Of a DNA stretch of 64,000 nucleotides, positions 46,870-54,819 are shown piece by piece. Each line of letters opens with the position of its first letter. The stretch's first letter is position 1. The notes under the pieces were generated by a model. It had not been told where the DNA came from, searched no databases, and saw nothing but the letters and a program-made list of their open reading frames with translations. Where the stretch lies: contig JBAYNW010000001.1 in NCBI GenBank assembly GCA_041678605.1, forward strand, positions 13,947 to 77,946. Direction: 5' to 3'. Origin of the DNA: Candidatus Gastranaerophilaceae bacterium (lineage in GTDB: Bacteria > Cyanobacteriota > Vampirovibrionia > Gastranaerophilales > Gastranaerophilaceae). Made by a program: the position numbers and the translations under genes.

Positions 46870-47175
46870 ATGCAGAATTCAGAATTTATTAAAAGCAGGC
46901 CGCAGAGGCTTTGTAAGATGTGCGGGAAATGCCCAGAGGGTTATCCGCTTTCCATTTGGGATAAAATGCCTGAAGGTTGCGGATTTGAAGGTTGGCTTTT
47001 TCAAAAAAAAGAAGAAATAAAACAAAAAATCCGCAAACAAAAAGAACTTTTGTTGTCGCTTGAGGTTATGGTAAAAACAGTAACTCCCGAGCAGGCTGAA
47101 AAATTAAGCGAAAGCATAAAAAAAATTAAAAAAACAATAGAAAGTTATGCAAAATACGGCTCCGAAAATTGGTAG
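46870..47175 (+). CDS. hypothetical small protein with CxxCxxC motif and coiled-coil tail
   Basis: 101 aa; CKMCGKCPEG....GCGFEGW, then a Lys/Glu-rich helix. Confidence 0.45.
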   Translation: MQNSEFIKSRPQRLCKMCGKCPEGYPLSIWDKMPEGCGFEGWLFQKKEEIKQKIRKQKELLLSLEVMVKTVTPEQAEKLSESIKKIKKTIESYAKYGSENW

Positions 47176-47181
47176 AAAGAC

Positions 47182-47580
47182 AAGGGCTTAAAAAGTGAGA
47201 CGTGAGATGTGAGACGTGAGAAGAGAAACGGGAAACGAGAAAGGAAATTGGGAATTGGTAATTGGAAACAGAACCTTTCGACCATTCAATTTAGTGACTT
47301 AAATTCAGATCCCGCATCAGAATGAATAACAAAAGTCAACCGCCATACCCTAAGCAGTGCGGGATGACAATAAAGTGAAAAGGTAATTGGAAATTGGCAA
47401 TTGGGAATTGGTAATTGAACCGTTCGACCCTTCGACCCTTCGACTTATCAACTAGAAGACGGGAAACGGAAAGTTTTAATTTTTTTGTTGCACTTAATCA
47501 CTTAATCACCCAGTCACTTAATCACTTCGTAAAAAGCCCTTCGACCTTTCAACCCTTCACCCCTTAAGCCCTTAAGCCCT
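47182..47580. repeat. double composite heptanucleotide array (two forward units separated by a TCCCGCA/TGCGGGA palindromic unit)
   Basis: Unit 1 at 47182-47300; palindromic unit at 47309-47366; unit 2 at 47380-47580, ending at the stop codon of the NarL-type regulator. Confidence 0.9.
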
Positions 47581-48308
47581 TATACCAATCCCTCGCGGAC
47601 TGCCTTAACTGCCGCCTGTACTCTGTCATTTACGCACATTTTTTGCAAAATCGAGCAAACGTGAGCTTTCGCTGTGTGAACGCTTACAATTAATTCTTTT
47701 GCAATTTCCGTATTGCTTTTTCCCATGACAAGATGTTTTAAAACTTCACATTCTCTTTCTGTCAGAGGAACTCGGCCGGTGGCCCCCGTTTTTGACGGCA
47801 AAAGACTTGTGTTTTCAGGTTTAGGGAAAGCGTTTAATGCTATCTGTGCTACTTGCGGGTCAATCCAGCAAACACCATTTGCAACATCTCTAACCACGTC
47901 GGCAAGTTTCACCGGATCAATGTCCTTAAGGCAATATCCGTGGGCTCCTGACGCAAGTGCCGCTATAACTTCCTCTTCCCTGTCGTGAGAAGTAAGTGCT
48001 ATGATTTTTGTTTCGGGCAGTATTTCTTTTACCTTAATTGTTGCTTCTATTCCATTCATCTCCGGAAGTCCCAAATCCATCAAAACTACATCGGGTTTAA
48101 ATTTGGCTATAAGTTCCAGCCCTGCTGCAGCATTGTCACACTCGGCAATAACATTTATATCTTTGTTCGAATTTAACGCACACCGCAATCCCACTCTTGT
48201 TAATTTAAAATCTTCAACAATTATAACGTTTAATGCTTTTATTTTTGTACTGTCATTTTCGGCAGGCTTATGTTTGTGCTTCGATGAAGCAGTTTTTGTT
48301 TCGCTCAT
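47580..48308 (-). CDS. NarL/FixJ-family response regulator (LuxR-type HTH)
   Basis: Receiver VIIVEDFKLTRVGL...DLGLPEMNG. HTH LTERECEVLKHLVMGKSNTEIAKELIVSVHTAKAHV. No histidine kinase is adjacent. Confidence 0.85.
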   Translation of the reverse strand: MSETKTASSKHKHKPAENDSTKIKALNVIIVEDFKLTRVGLRCALNSNKDINVIAECDNAAAGLELIAKFKPDVVLMDLGLPEMNGIEATIKVKEILPETKIIALTSHDREEEVIAALASGAHGYCLKDIDPVKLADVVRDVANGVCWIDPQVAQIALNAFPKPENTSLLPSKTGATGRVPLTERECEVLKHLVMGKSNTEIAKELIVSVHTAKAHVCSILQKMCVNDRVQAAVKAVREGLV

Positions 48309-48562
48309 TGTTCTCTCCTGATTTTTTTAACGGACTTAATATTTTTAGATGAATTATAAGGTTTTACTCTTTGATTTAATAATACTTTTGACACCTTGTA
48401 TATTACCCAATCAAGCGTCAAACATGGACTAAATTAAATTGCCCAACCGGGTATATATACTTTAACAATATTGAGTATATGCCTACCGGAGACGAAGGGA
48501 ATTGGCAGTCTTCACCGGTTTATTTAAAAGGTTGGTTTCGTTAAGTTTTATGACTTAATTTG

Positions 48563-48703
48563 CTAATTATTGCTTGACTCCGACAAAAAAAGTTGTTTTA
48601 TTAAGTCACAGTAAACATTAATTTCTTCCTTTACAGTATCAATCCCCTTTATTAAATCCTTTATTTCAAGGATTATTTTTTCATTTTCCAAATTATTTAT
48701 CAT
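48563..48703 (-). CDS. possible small protein (46 aa)
   Basis: ATG-initiated helical ORF (MINNLENEKIILEIKDLIKGID...) upstream of the response regulator. Below the ORF-track cutoff and without domain support. Confidence 0.2.
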   Translation of the reverse strand: MINNLENEKIILEIKDLIKGIDTVKEEINVYCDLIKQLFLSESSNN

Positions 48704-48869
48704 TTCACATACCCCTAATTAAAAAACAATTCACCCCTATAGGTTTCTTTTCGGCAGAAATGATTGAAAACTTTATGGAAAAATGTGCTTTTGTAACAAA
48801 GATTAATATTGGCGAACAGCTCACTCTATCATTTTTTTGGTATTATGGAATAAAAGCGAGGAAAAAACA

Positions 48870-50132
48870 ATGACAACACAAATTATAGAAGCCAAAAACG
48901 GCCGAATAACACCCGAAATGTTTGCAGCAGCAGAGAAAGAAGGGCTTTCAAAACAGGAAATTCTTGAAAAAGTCGCATCCGGCAGGGTGGTTATTTTAAA
49001 GAATAATAGAAGAGAAAACGTTGTGCCTACTGCAGTCGGCGAAGGAACAACGGTTAAAATCAACGCCAATATAGGAACTTCTCTTGAGCGTTCCTCAATT
49101 GAAGAAGAATTAGACAAGGTAAAGATTATAGAGGCGACCGGTGCTGACGTTTTAATGGATTTATCCACAGGTGATAACATTGACGAAACAAGAAAACAAA
49201 TTATTGCCGCAACAAATCTTCCAATCGGCACTGTGCCTATGTATCAGGCAGGGAAAGAGGCTCTGGATATACATAGGGATTTGGCAAAACTTTCCAAAGA
49301 AAAGCTTTTTTCTGACATAGAAAAACAATGCAAAGACGGAATTGATTTTATAACCGTTCACTGCGGCGTGACGAAGTTTGTGGTTGACCAGTTACAAAAG
49401 CAGGGCAGAGTTACAAATGTTGTATCCAGAGGCGGCTCAATGCTTGCCTGTTGGATTAGGGCAACCGGCATGGAAAATCCTTTGTATGAATATTACGACG
49501 AACTGCTGGAACTTGTAAGAGAATATGATTGCACATTGTCTCTTGGTGACGGCCTAAGGCCCGGTTGTACGGCTGATGCAGGCGATAGAGCTCAGGTGGC
49601 TGAAACATTAATTTTGGGGGAATTGGTGCAGCGTGCAAGAGCGGCGGGTGTTCAAACGATGGTTGAAGGCCCCGGGCATGTGCCTTTGAACAAAATTGCC
49701 TCAATGATTGAAACAATAAAAGTTCTTACGGATTATGCACCTTTATATGTCCTCGGGCCTTTGGTTACAGATATTGCACCGGGCTATGACCACATAACTT
49801 CCGCTATCGGCGGAACTCTGGCGGCGTATCATGGAGCTGATTTCCTGTGTTATGTAACTCCGGCCGAACACCTCGGCTTACCCGATGTTAAGCAGGTACG
49901 AGAAGGAATTATCGCATCAAAAATATCGGCACATGCGGCTGATTTGGCGAGAGGGAATAAAAAGGCACTGGAACAGGATTTGCAGATGTCTATTGCAAGA
50001 AAAAATCTCGATTGGGAAGGGCAAAGACAGTACGCAATTGACAAATGTGTTTTTGAAAAAATCGATCAAGGCAAGCCATGCACTATGTGCGGCCAATACT
50101 GCAGCATGAAAATTTTTAAGGAATATTTTTAA
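48870..50132 (+). CDS. thiC: phosphomethylpyrimidine synthase ThiC
   Basis: VKINANIGTS, DLSTG, VPMYQA, TVHCGV, SRGGS and C-terminal CTMCGQYCS. GAGGA RBS before the ATG at 48870. Confidence 0.9.
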   Translation: MTTQIIEAKNGRITPEMFAAAEKEGLSKQEILEKVASGRVVILKNNRRENVVPTAVGEGTTVKINANIGTSLERSSIEEELDKVKIIEATGADVLMDLSTGDNIDETRKQIIAATNLPIGTVPMYQAGKEALDIHRDLAKLSKEKLFSDIEKQCKDGIDFITVHCGVTKFVVDQLQKQGRVTNVVSRGGSMLACWIRATGMENPLYEYYDELLELVREYDCTLSLGDGLRPGCTADAGDRAQVAETLILGELVQRARAAGVQTMVEGPGHVPLNKIASMIETIKVLTDYAPLYVLGPLVTDIAPGYDHITSAIGGTLAAYHGADFLCYVTPAEHLGLPDVKQVREGIIASKISAHAADLARGNKKALEQDLQMSIARKNLDWEGQRQYAIDKCVFEKIDQGKPCTMCGQYCSMKIFKEYF

Positions 50133-50153
50133 AATTGTCGTGAAAAAGGCTAC

Positions 50154-51575
50154 CTAAAAAGCGGAACAGACAATTTGTTTGTCCATTCCGTTTTTTTGAT
50201 TAAATTGAGTTGTTATTTTTTTCTCTGTTTTTTTGGCTTCGGCAGCTTCTTTTTCCAAGTTTGCCTCAGCTTTTTCAATTATTTTGGCTAATTGGTTTTG
50301 AGTTTCGTCATCTGCTTGGCCTGCAACATCAAGCAGTTTATCCAACAGTTTGGTATCGCCGCTTTTGCGTGTAAGAGTATACAGGTCATTGCTATTTTTT
50401 AAAAGGAACTCGCCTATTGGTATCTGTTCCAAAGTCCCAACTACACGAAGGGCTTTAACGGCAACTTCCGGCTGACTGTTTTCCATAGCACTCTTGAATA
50501 TTTTCAAGCCATGTTTTGAGCAGAACTCACCTCTTGGCTCCTGCTTAAGTTTGGTTGCCGCAAAACTAAGAAAATCCTTTACCGTGTCTGTCTTTCCTTG
50601 TTTCAATAAATTACCGGCAACCTCAGCTCCTTTGTCAAGATAAATTTTTGCCGTGTCATCACCAAAGGATAAGAGCTTGCCCATAATCATTCTTGAAAGT
50701 GAGTGTGCTGAATAAAGAGCATCAAGTCCATCTCTGAGGAATATTTCCTTTTGTACCTCAGGTTTCAAAGTTTCTATTTGCCTCCAAGTCTCTGATTGAG
50801 AATCTCTGGCAATCGATTTTTCAAATTCCCAAGGTTTATCGTTAACGTTACCCGCTTCAATAAATGGCTTTAATCCGAATTTTTTGTAAAAACCTTCTTT
50901 ATGCTCGCCTGCTTCTTCAATCATTTTAGAAAACATCATAATTCGTTTATAATTATAATAAAAGTTTTTCGAATTTGAATTTTTAAATAAAGAGGAAAGT
51001 AAACTATAATTGTTTACAATAGCTTCTCCTTTTGCTTTAGGACTAATAAGTTTAGCCATGTCAAGGTACTGATATATTAGTTCACTTGTATCTCTTTTAT
51101 TAAAATCTAAATTTTTCCAAACATTGCCATGTTCTCTTGCAAAGAAAGCTTCTTTAATTTCCTCATTTTTAATTTTATAAGACACGTCGAACAAAAAATT
51201 ATGTGTACTAAATTTCTTGTCTAGAATTTCCCAGTCGTTATATGAAGGGTTCTTTTTTGTAAAAATACCTAAAACATCTGTTTTCTTGTCCAACAAAACT
51301 TTTCTTAATATATCGTCTGGAAGGTTTAAAAGTTTTTCTATATTTTCTAAATCTTTCCAATAGGTTGTACTTTCAGAAATATTTTTAAAAAATTCTTTGG
51401 CTGCATCGGCAATAATTTTGGAATTTTTCGATGCCATTCCGAAAGATACGCAATCTCCGTAATTCGGAAGGGAATTATTTTGTACCTGAGTTTGAGCCTG
51501 AGGGTTTGAGTTCATCTTTGTGCTGTTTGTTTGATTTAAACCGTAATGACGGTTTTGAATAGACTGTACTTGCAT
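50154..51575 (-). CDS. hypothetical protein (orphan family with shared upstream motif)
   Basis: 473-aa mostly helical ORF. Q/N-rich N-terminus ending in LPNYGDCVSFGM. Confidence 0.55.
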   Translation of the reverse strand: MQVQSIQNRHYGLNQTNSTKMNSNPQAQTQVQNNSLPNYGDCVSFGMASKNSKIIADAAKEFFKNISESTTYWKDLENIEKLLNLPDDILRKVLLDKKTDVLGIFTKKNPSYNDWEILDKKFSTHNFLFDVSYKIKNEEIKEAFFAREHGNVWKNLDFNKRDTSELIYQYLDMAKLISPKAKGEAIVNNYSLLSSLFKNSNSKNFYYNYKRIMMFSKMIEEAGEHKEGFYKKFGLKPFIEAGNVNDKPWEFEKSIARDSQSETWRQIETLKPEVQKEIFLRDGLDALYSAHSLSRMIMGKLLSFGDDTAKIYLDKGAEVAGNLLKQGKTDTVKDFLSFAATKLKQEPRGEFCSKHGLKIFKSAMENSQPEVAVKALRVVGTLEQIPIGEFLLKNSNDLYTLTRKSGDTKLLDKLLDVAGQADDETQNQLAKIIEKAEANLEKEAAEAKKTEKKITTQFNQKNGMDKQIVCSAF

Positions 51576-51714
51576 TGTTTTATCCTTTCTTCTCTAAAAT
51601 AAAATATAGACCCCTTTGATAACTCTATTAATGTTTATACAAAACCCGTAAAAATATTTTTTGCGGGTAAAGTCAAAATATTTACAAAAATTAACAATTA
51701 GTTTAAAAAATAAC

Positions 51715-51985
51715 AGCTCAGCAGAAATCAAGTGAGGCTGAAACTCTTTAGTAATAGGTGTTCGTGCCTCCTCCTTCCTTGCGGAGGAGGATAGAATTTC
51801 AACGCGAGGTACGAGCGTATGAAATTCTTGGTGGAGGGTGAAAAGCGGATTGTGATTACGTTTTCCCTCACCCGCTTTTCTAACGTTCGCGGCTCCACCG
51901 CTCACATTGAAAAGACGGCCTCCCCGCAAGGAGGATGCAATTGGCACGTTAAATCACGACTTACGACCATGTTAAATTCTGCTGA
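51715..51985. ncRNA. candidate structured RNA (or complex palindromic element), class unknown
   Basis: Six nested/adjacent helices readable by eye (details in findings). GC-rich against AT-rich flanks. Lies in a 515-nt gap with no credible CDS. Confidence 0.3.
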
Positions 51986-52091
51986 CCTGTTACACCGAGA
52001 AAACGAAATATTAATAAATTGCAAAAAGGTTAAAAATTTACAACTCTTATACAGTTTGAAAGGTCAAAGACCTTTGTTAGTATTGAAATCT

Positions 52092-53444
52092 TTAAACCAG
52101 CCCTTTTCGTGCGTAGTAGTCTTCAATAAATCCAGTATTAAAGTTGCCGGAGATAAAGACATCATCTTCAATTATATCCTGATGGAAAGGAATTGTTGTT
52201 TCAATGCCTGTGACGACATATTCTTTTAATGCTCTGTACATCCTTCTGCGGGCTTCCTGCCGATTTCTGCCCCAGCAGATAAGTTTTCCTATCATTGAAT
52301 CGTAATATGGCGGAATCGAGTATCCGGGGTATGAGTGCGAATCCACTCTGACGCCAAAGCCCCCCGGTGCAACGTATCCGTCGATTTTGCCCGGACACGG
52401 CATAAAATCTTTGTCGGGATTTTCCGCATTAATTCTGCACTCAATGGCATGTCCTCTTAACAAAACATCTTTTTGCGTAAACCCGAGTTTTTCACCCGCC
52501 GCGATTAAAATCTGTTCCCTGACAATATCAATATTTGAAATCATTTCGGTAACGCAGTGTTCAACTTGAATACGCGTGTTCATTTCCATAAAATACCATT
52601 TTTTGTCGTTATCCATTAAGAATTCTATTGTTCCGGCACCTTCATACTTAATTGCTTTTGCTGCACGGACGGCTGCTTTCCCCATTTCCTTCCTTATTTT
52701 TTCGTCAATCGCCGGAGACGGAGCTTCTTCAATCAGTTTTTGGTGACGACGCTGGATTGAGCAATCTCTTTCACCGAGATGAACAACATTTCCAAAGCTG
52801 TCGCCCAGAATTTGAACCTCAATGTGTCTGGGATTTTCCAGATATTTTTCTATATAGACATTCGGGTTGCCAAAGGCGTTTTGGGCTTCTTGCCGGCACA
52901 TATTCATCATGCCTTCGAGTTCGCTCTCTTTTCTGACAATTCTCATGCCTTTTCCGCCGCCGCCCGCCGTTGCTTTAATTATAATAGGATATCCCGCTTT
53001 TTTTGCAAATGCTTTGGCTTCGTCAACTGTTTTTACCAAATCTGTTCCGGGCGTCACGGGTACTTTGTGTTCAGCCATGGTTTTTCTTGCGGTGGCTTTG
53101 TCGCCCATCTTTCTCATTGCATCCGCCGAAGGGCCTACAAATTTTATTCCGTGTTGGGTACAAATGTCAACAAAGTCGGCTCTTTCCGCCAAAAATCCGT
53201 AGCCCGGATGGATTGCATCCGCACCGCACATCATTGCGGTTGAAATTATAGCAGGGATGCTTAAATAACTTTTTGTGCTTTGAGCAGGCCCTATGCAATA
53301 CGCCTCTGTCGCCAAACTTACGTGCAAAGACTGAGCGTCGGCTTGAGAATACACGGCAACTGTCGGAATTCCTAATTCTCTGCATGCCCTTATTACCCTA
53401 ACGGCGATTTCTCCGCGATTGGCTACTAATACCTTTTTGAACAT
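52092..53444 (-). CDS. accC: acetyl-CoA carboxylase biotin carboxylase subunit
   Basis: MFKKVLVANRGEIAVRVIRACRELGI, GGGGKGMRIV and EMNTRIQVEH. Confidence 0.95.
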   Translation of the reverse strand: MFKKVLVANRGEIAVRVIRACRELGIPTVAVYSQADAQSLHVSLATEAYCIGPAQSTKSYLSIPAIISTAMMCGADAIHPGYGFLAERADFVDICTQHGIKFVGPSADAMRKMGDKATARKTMAEHKVPVTPGTDLVKTVDEAKAFAKKAGYPIIIKATAGGGGKGMRIVRKESELEGMMNMCRQEAQNAFGNPNVYIEKYLENPRHIEVQILGDSFGNVVHLGERDCSIQRRHQKLIEEAPSPAIDEKIRKEMGKAAVRAAKAIKYEGAGTIEFLMDNDKKWYFMEMNTRIQVEHCVTEMISNIDIVREQILIAAGEKLGFTQKDVLLRGHAIECRINAENPDKDFMPCPGKIDGYVAPGGFGVRVDSHSYPGYSIPPYYDSMIGKLICWGRNRQEARRRMYRALKEYVVTGIETTIPFHQDIIEDDVFISGNFNTGFIEDYYARKGLV

Positions 53445-53476
53445 TTTTTGTTATCCCTCAATATTTATTGTATTTA

Positions 53477-53550
53477 GGTGAAAAGGTGAATGGGTGAACG
53501 GATTAAAGGTTATTAAACTTTTCACCCTTTCAGCCTTTAAGCCTTTCAAC
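53477..53550. repeat. opposed heptamer runs (GGTGAA units vs TTCACC/TTCAGCC units) forming an imperfect hairpin
   Basis: GGTGAAAAGGTGAATGGGTGAACGG ... TTCACCCTTTCAGCCTTTAAGCCTTTCAAC between accB and accC. Confidence 0.7.
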
Positions 53551-53568
53551 TAAAAAAGCTTCGCTTTT

Positions 53569-54015
53569 TTACTCTACGTACATCAAAACTTGTCCGAATT
53601 CAACGGGCTGGCCGTCTTCGACACAAATCTCGGCCACTTTTCCTGAAACATCCGACTCTATTTCGTTCATCAATTTCATTGCTTCAATTATACAAACGAC
53701 ATCTCCGTCAGAAATGGCTGAACCAATTTCCACAAAAGGCTTTGAATCAGGTGAAGGCGATTTATAGAAAGTTCCTACCATCGGAGAAGTTATCGGTTTG
53801 CCTTTTTTGACTTCAACCGGAGTACAAACAAAAGCTTCGGAAGTTCCTGCCCCTTGAAGCGTGGAAGCCGAAACAATTGAAGGTGCGGCTCCGGATACGA
53901 TTCCTTTTTCCTTCTTAAGCACTATTTCCTTGTCGCCTTCTTTTAATGAAAGTTCCGTTAAGCCGTTTTTGTTTAGCAAATCTGCTAATTCCTGTATGTG
54001 TTTTTTGTCAATCAT
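53569..54015 (-). CDS. accB: acetyl-CoA carboxylase biotin carboxyl carrier protein
   Basis: [11 protein letters not shown] biotinyl-lysine motif; 148 aa. Confidence 0.9.
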   Translation of the reverse strand: MIDKKHIQELADLLNKNGLTELSLKEGDKEIVLKKEKGIVSGAAPSIVSASTLQGAGTSEAFVCTPVEVKKGKPITSPMVGTFYKSPSPDSKPFVEIGSAISDGDVVCIIEAMKLMNEIESDVSGKVAEICVEDGQPVEFGQVLMYVE

Positions 54016-54040
54016 TTTCTCTATTCCTCACTTTTTCAAA

Positions 54041-54109
54041 GGAAATAGTAAATAGGAAATGGTAAATAGATAGCTAATTTCTATTCCCTATTCCCTATTT
54101 TCTATTCAC
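54041..54109. repeat. opposed heptamer runs (AAATAGG units vs CTATTCC units) forming an imperfect hairpin
   Basis: GGAAATAGTAAATAGGAAATGGTAAATAG ... CTATTCCCTATTCCCTATTTTCTATTCAC between efp and accB. Confidence 0.7.
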
Positions 54110-54113
54110 TTTA

Positions 54114-54671
54114 TTAACATCTATCTAAATATTCATTAGTTCTTGTATCAACTCTGATTTTATCACCGTTTTGAACAAAGAAAGGAACATTTACAACTGC
54201 ACCTGTTTCCATTGTAGCACGTTTTGTCCCGCCCTGTGCGGTGTTGCCTTTTTCGGCAGGCGGTGTGTCAACTACTTCCAATTCAACCTGCATAGGCATG
54301 TCCACCCCGATAACTTTGCCGTCGTGAAGCAATACAGAAAGGTTCATGTTCTCTTTTAAATATTTCATGCCATCTCCGATCTGAGCTTCAGACAATGAAA
54401 TTTGCTCGTAATTTTCGCTGTCCATCATAACAAATTCTTTACCTTCTTTGTACAGATATTGCATACCTCGTCTGTCTAACATCGCTCTGGCAACCTTTTC
54501 ACCCGCTCTGAAGGTTTTTTCGACGACCTGACCTGTTTCAACGTTTTTCAATTTTGTTCTGACAAAAGCCGCTCCTTTGCCCGGTTTCACGTGCAAAAAT
54601 TCAACAACTGCCCAAAGCCCATGGTCTAATTCCAACGTTAAACCTGTTTTTAAATCATTTACCGAAATCAT
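54114..54671 (-). CDS. efp: elongation factor P
   Basis: MISVNDLKTG......VEFLHVKPGKGAAFVRTKLKNV. Confidence 0.95.
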   Translation of the reverse strand: MISVNDLKTGLTLELDHGLWAVVEFLHVKPGKGAAFVRTKLKNVETGQVVEKTFRAGEKVARAMLDRRGMQYLYKEGKEFVMMDSENYEQISLSEAQIGDGMKYLKENMNLSVLLHDGKVIGVDMPMQVELEVVDTPPAEKGNTAQGGTKRATMETGAVVNVPFFVQNGDKIRVDTRTNEYLDRC

Positions 54672-54819
54672 GTCCTGCTCCTGTTAATCTATTCTGATAT
54701 TTTTTGATAATATCATAAAAAAGTCAAATTTCAAAATTGCTTAACATTTCTTGCTTGGAAATCCAAATTGGTATATTATTATTAAAGTTACGGGAATAAG
54801 AAACAGGGAACAGGAAACG

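Noticed and set aside
48704-48869. Expected TPP (THI-box) riboswitch upstream of thiC.
   Set aside because: I could not find the CTGAGA and ACCTGATCTGGATAATGCCAGCG-like core in 48309-48869 on the plus strand. Absence cannot be proven by eye, so a cmscan with the TPP model would decide.
51594-52229. ORFs 51594-51947 (minus) and 51819-52229 (plus) as protein genes.
   Set aside because: They overlap each other and the accC 3' end. They have no RBS or recognisable domain. They run through a region dominated by nested inverted repeats, so they are more likely non-coding.
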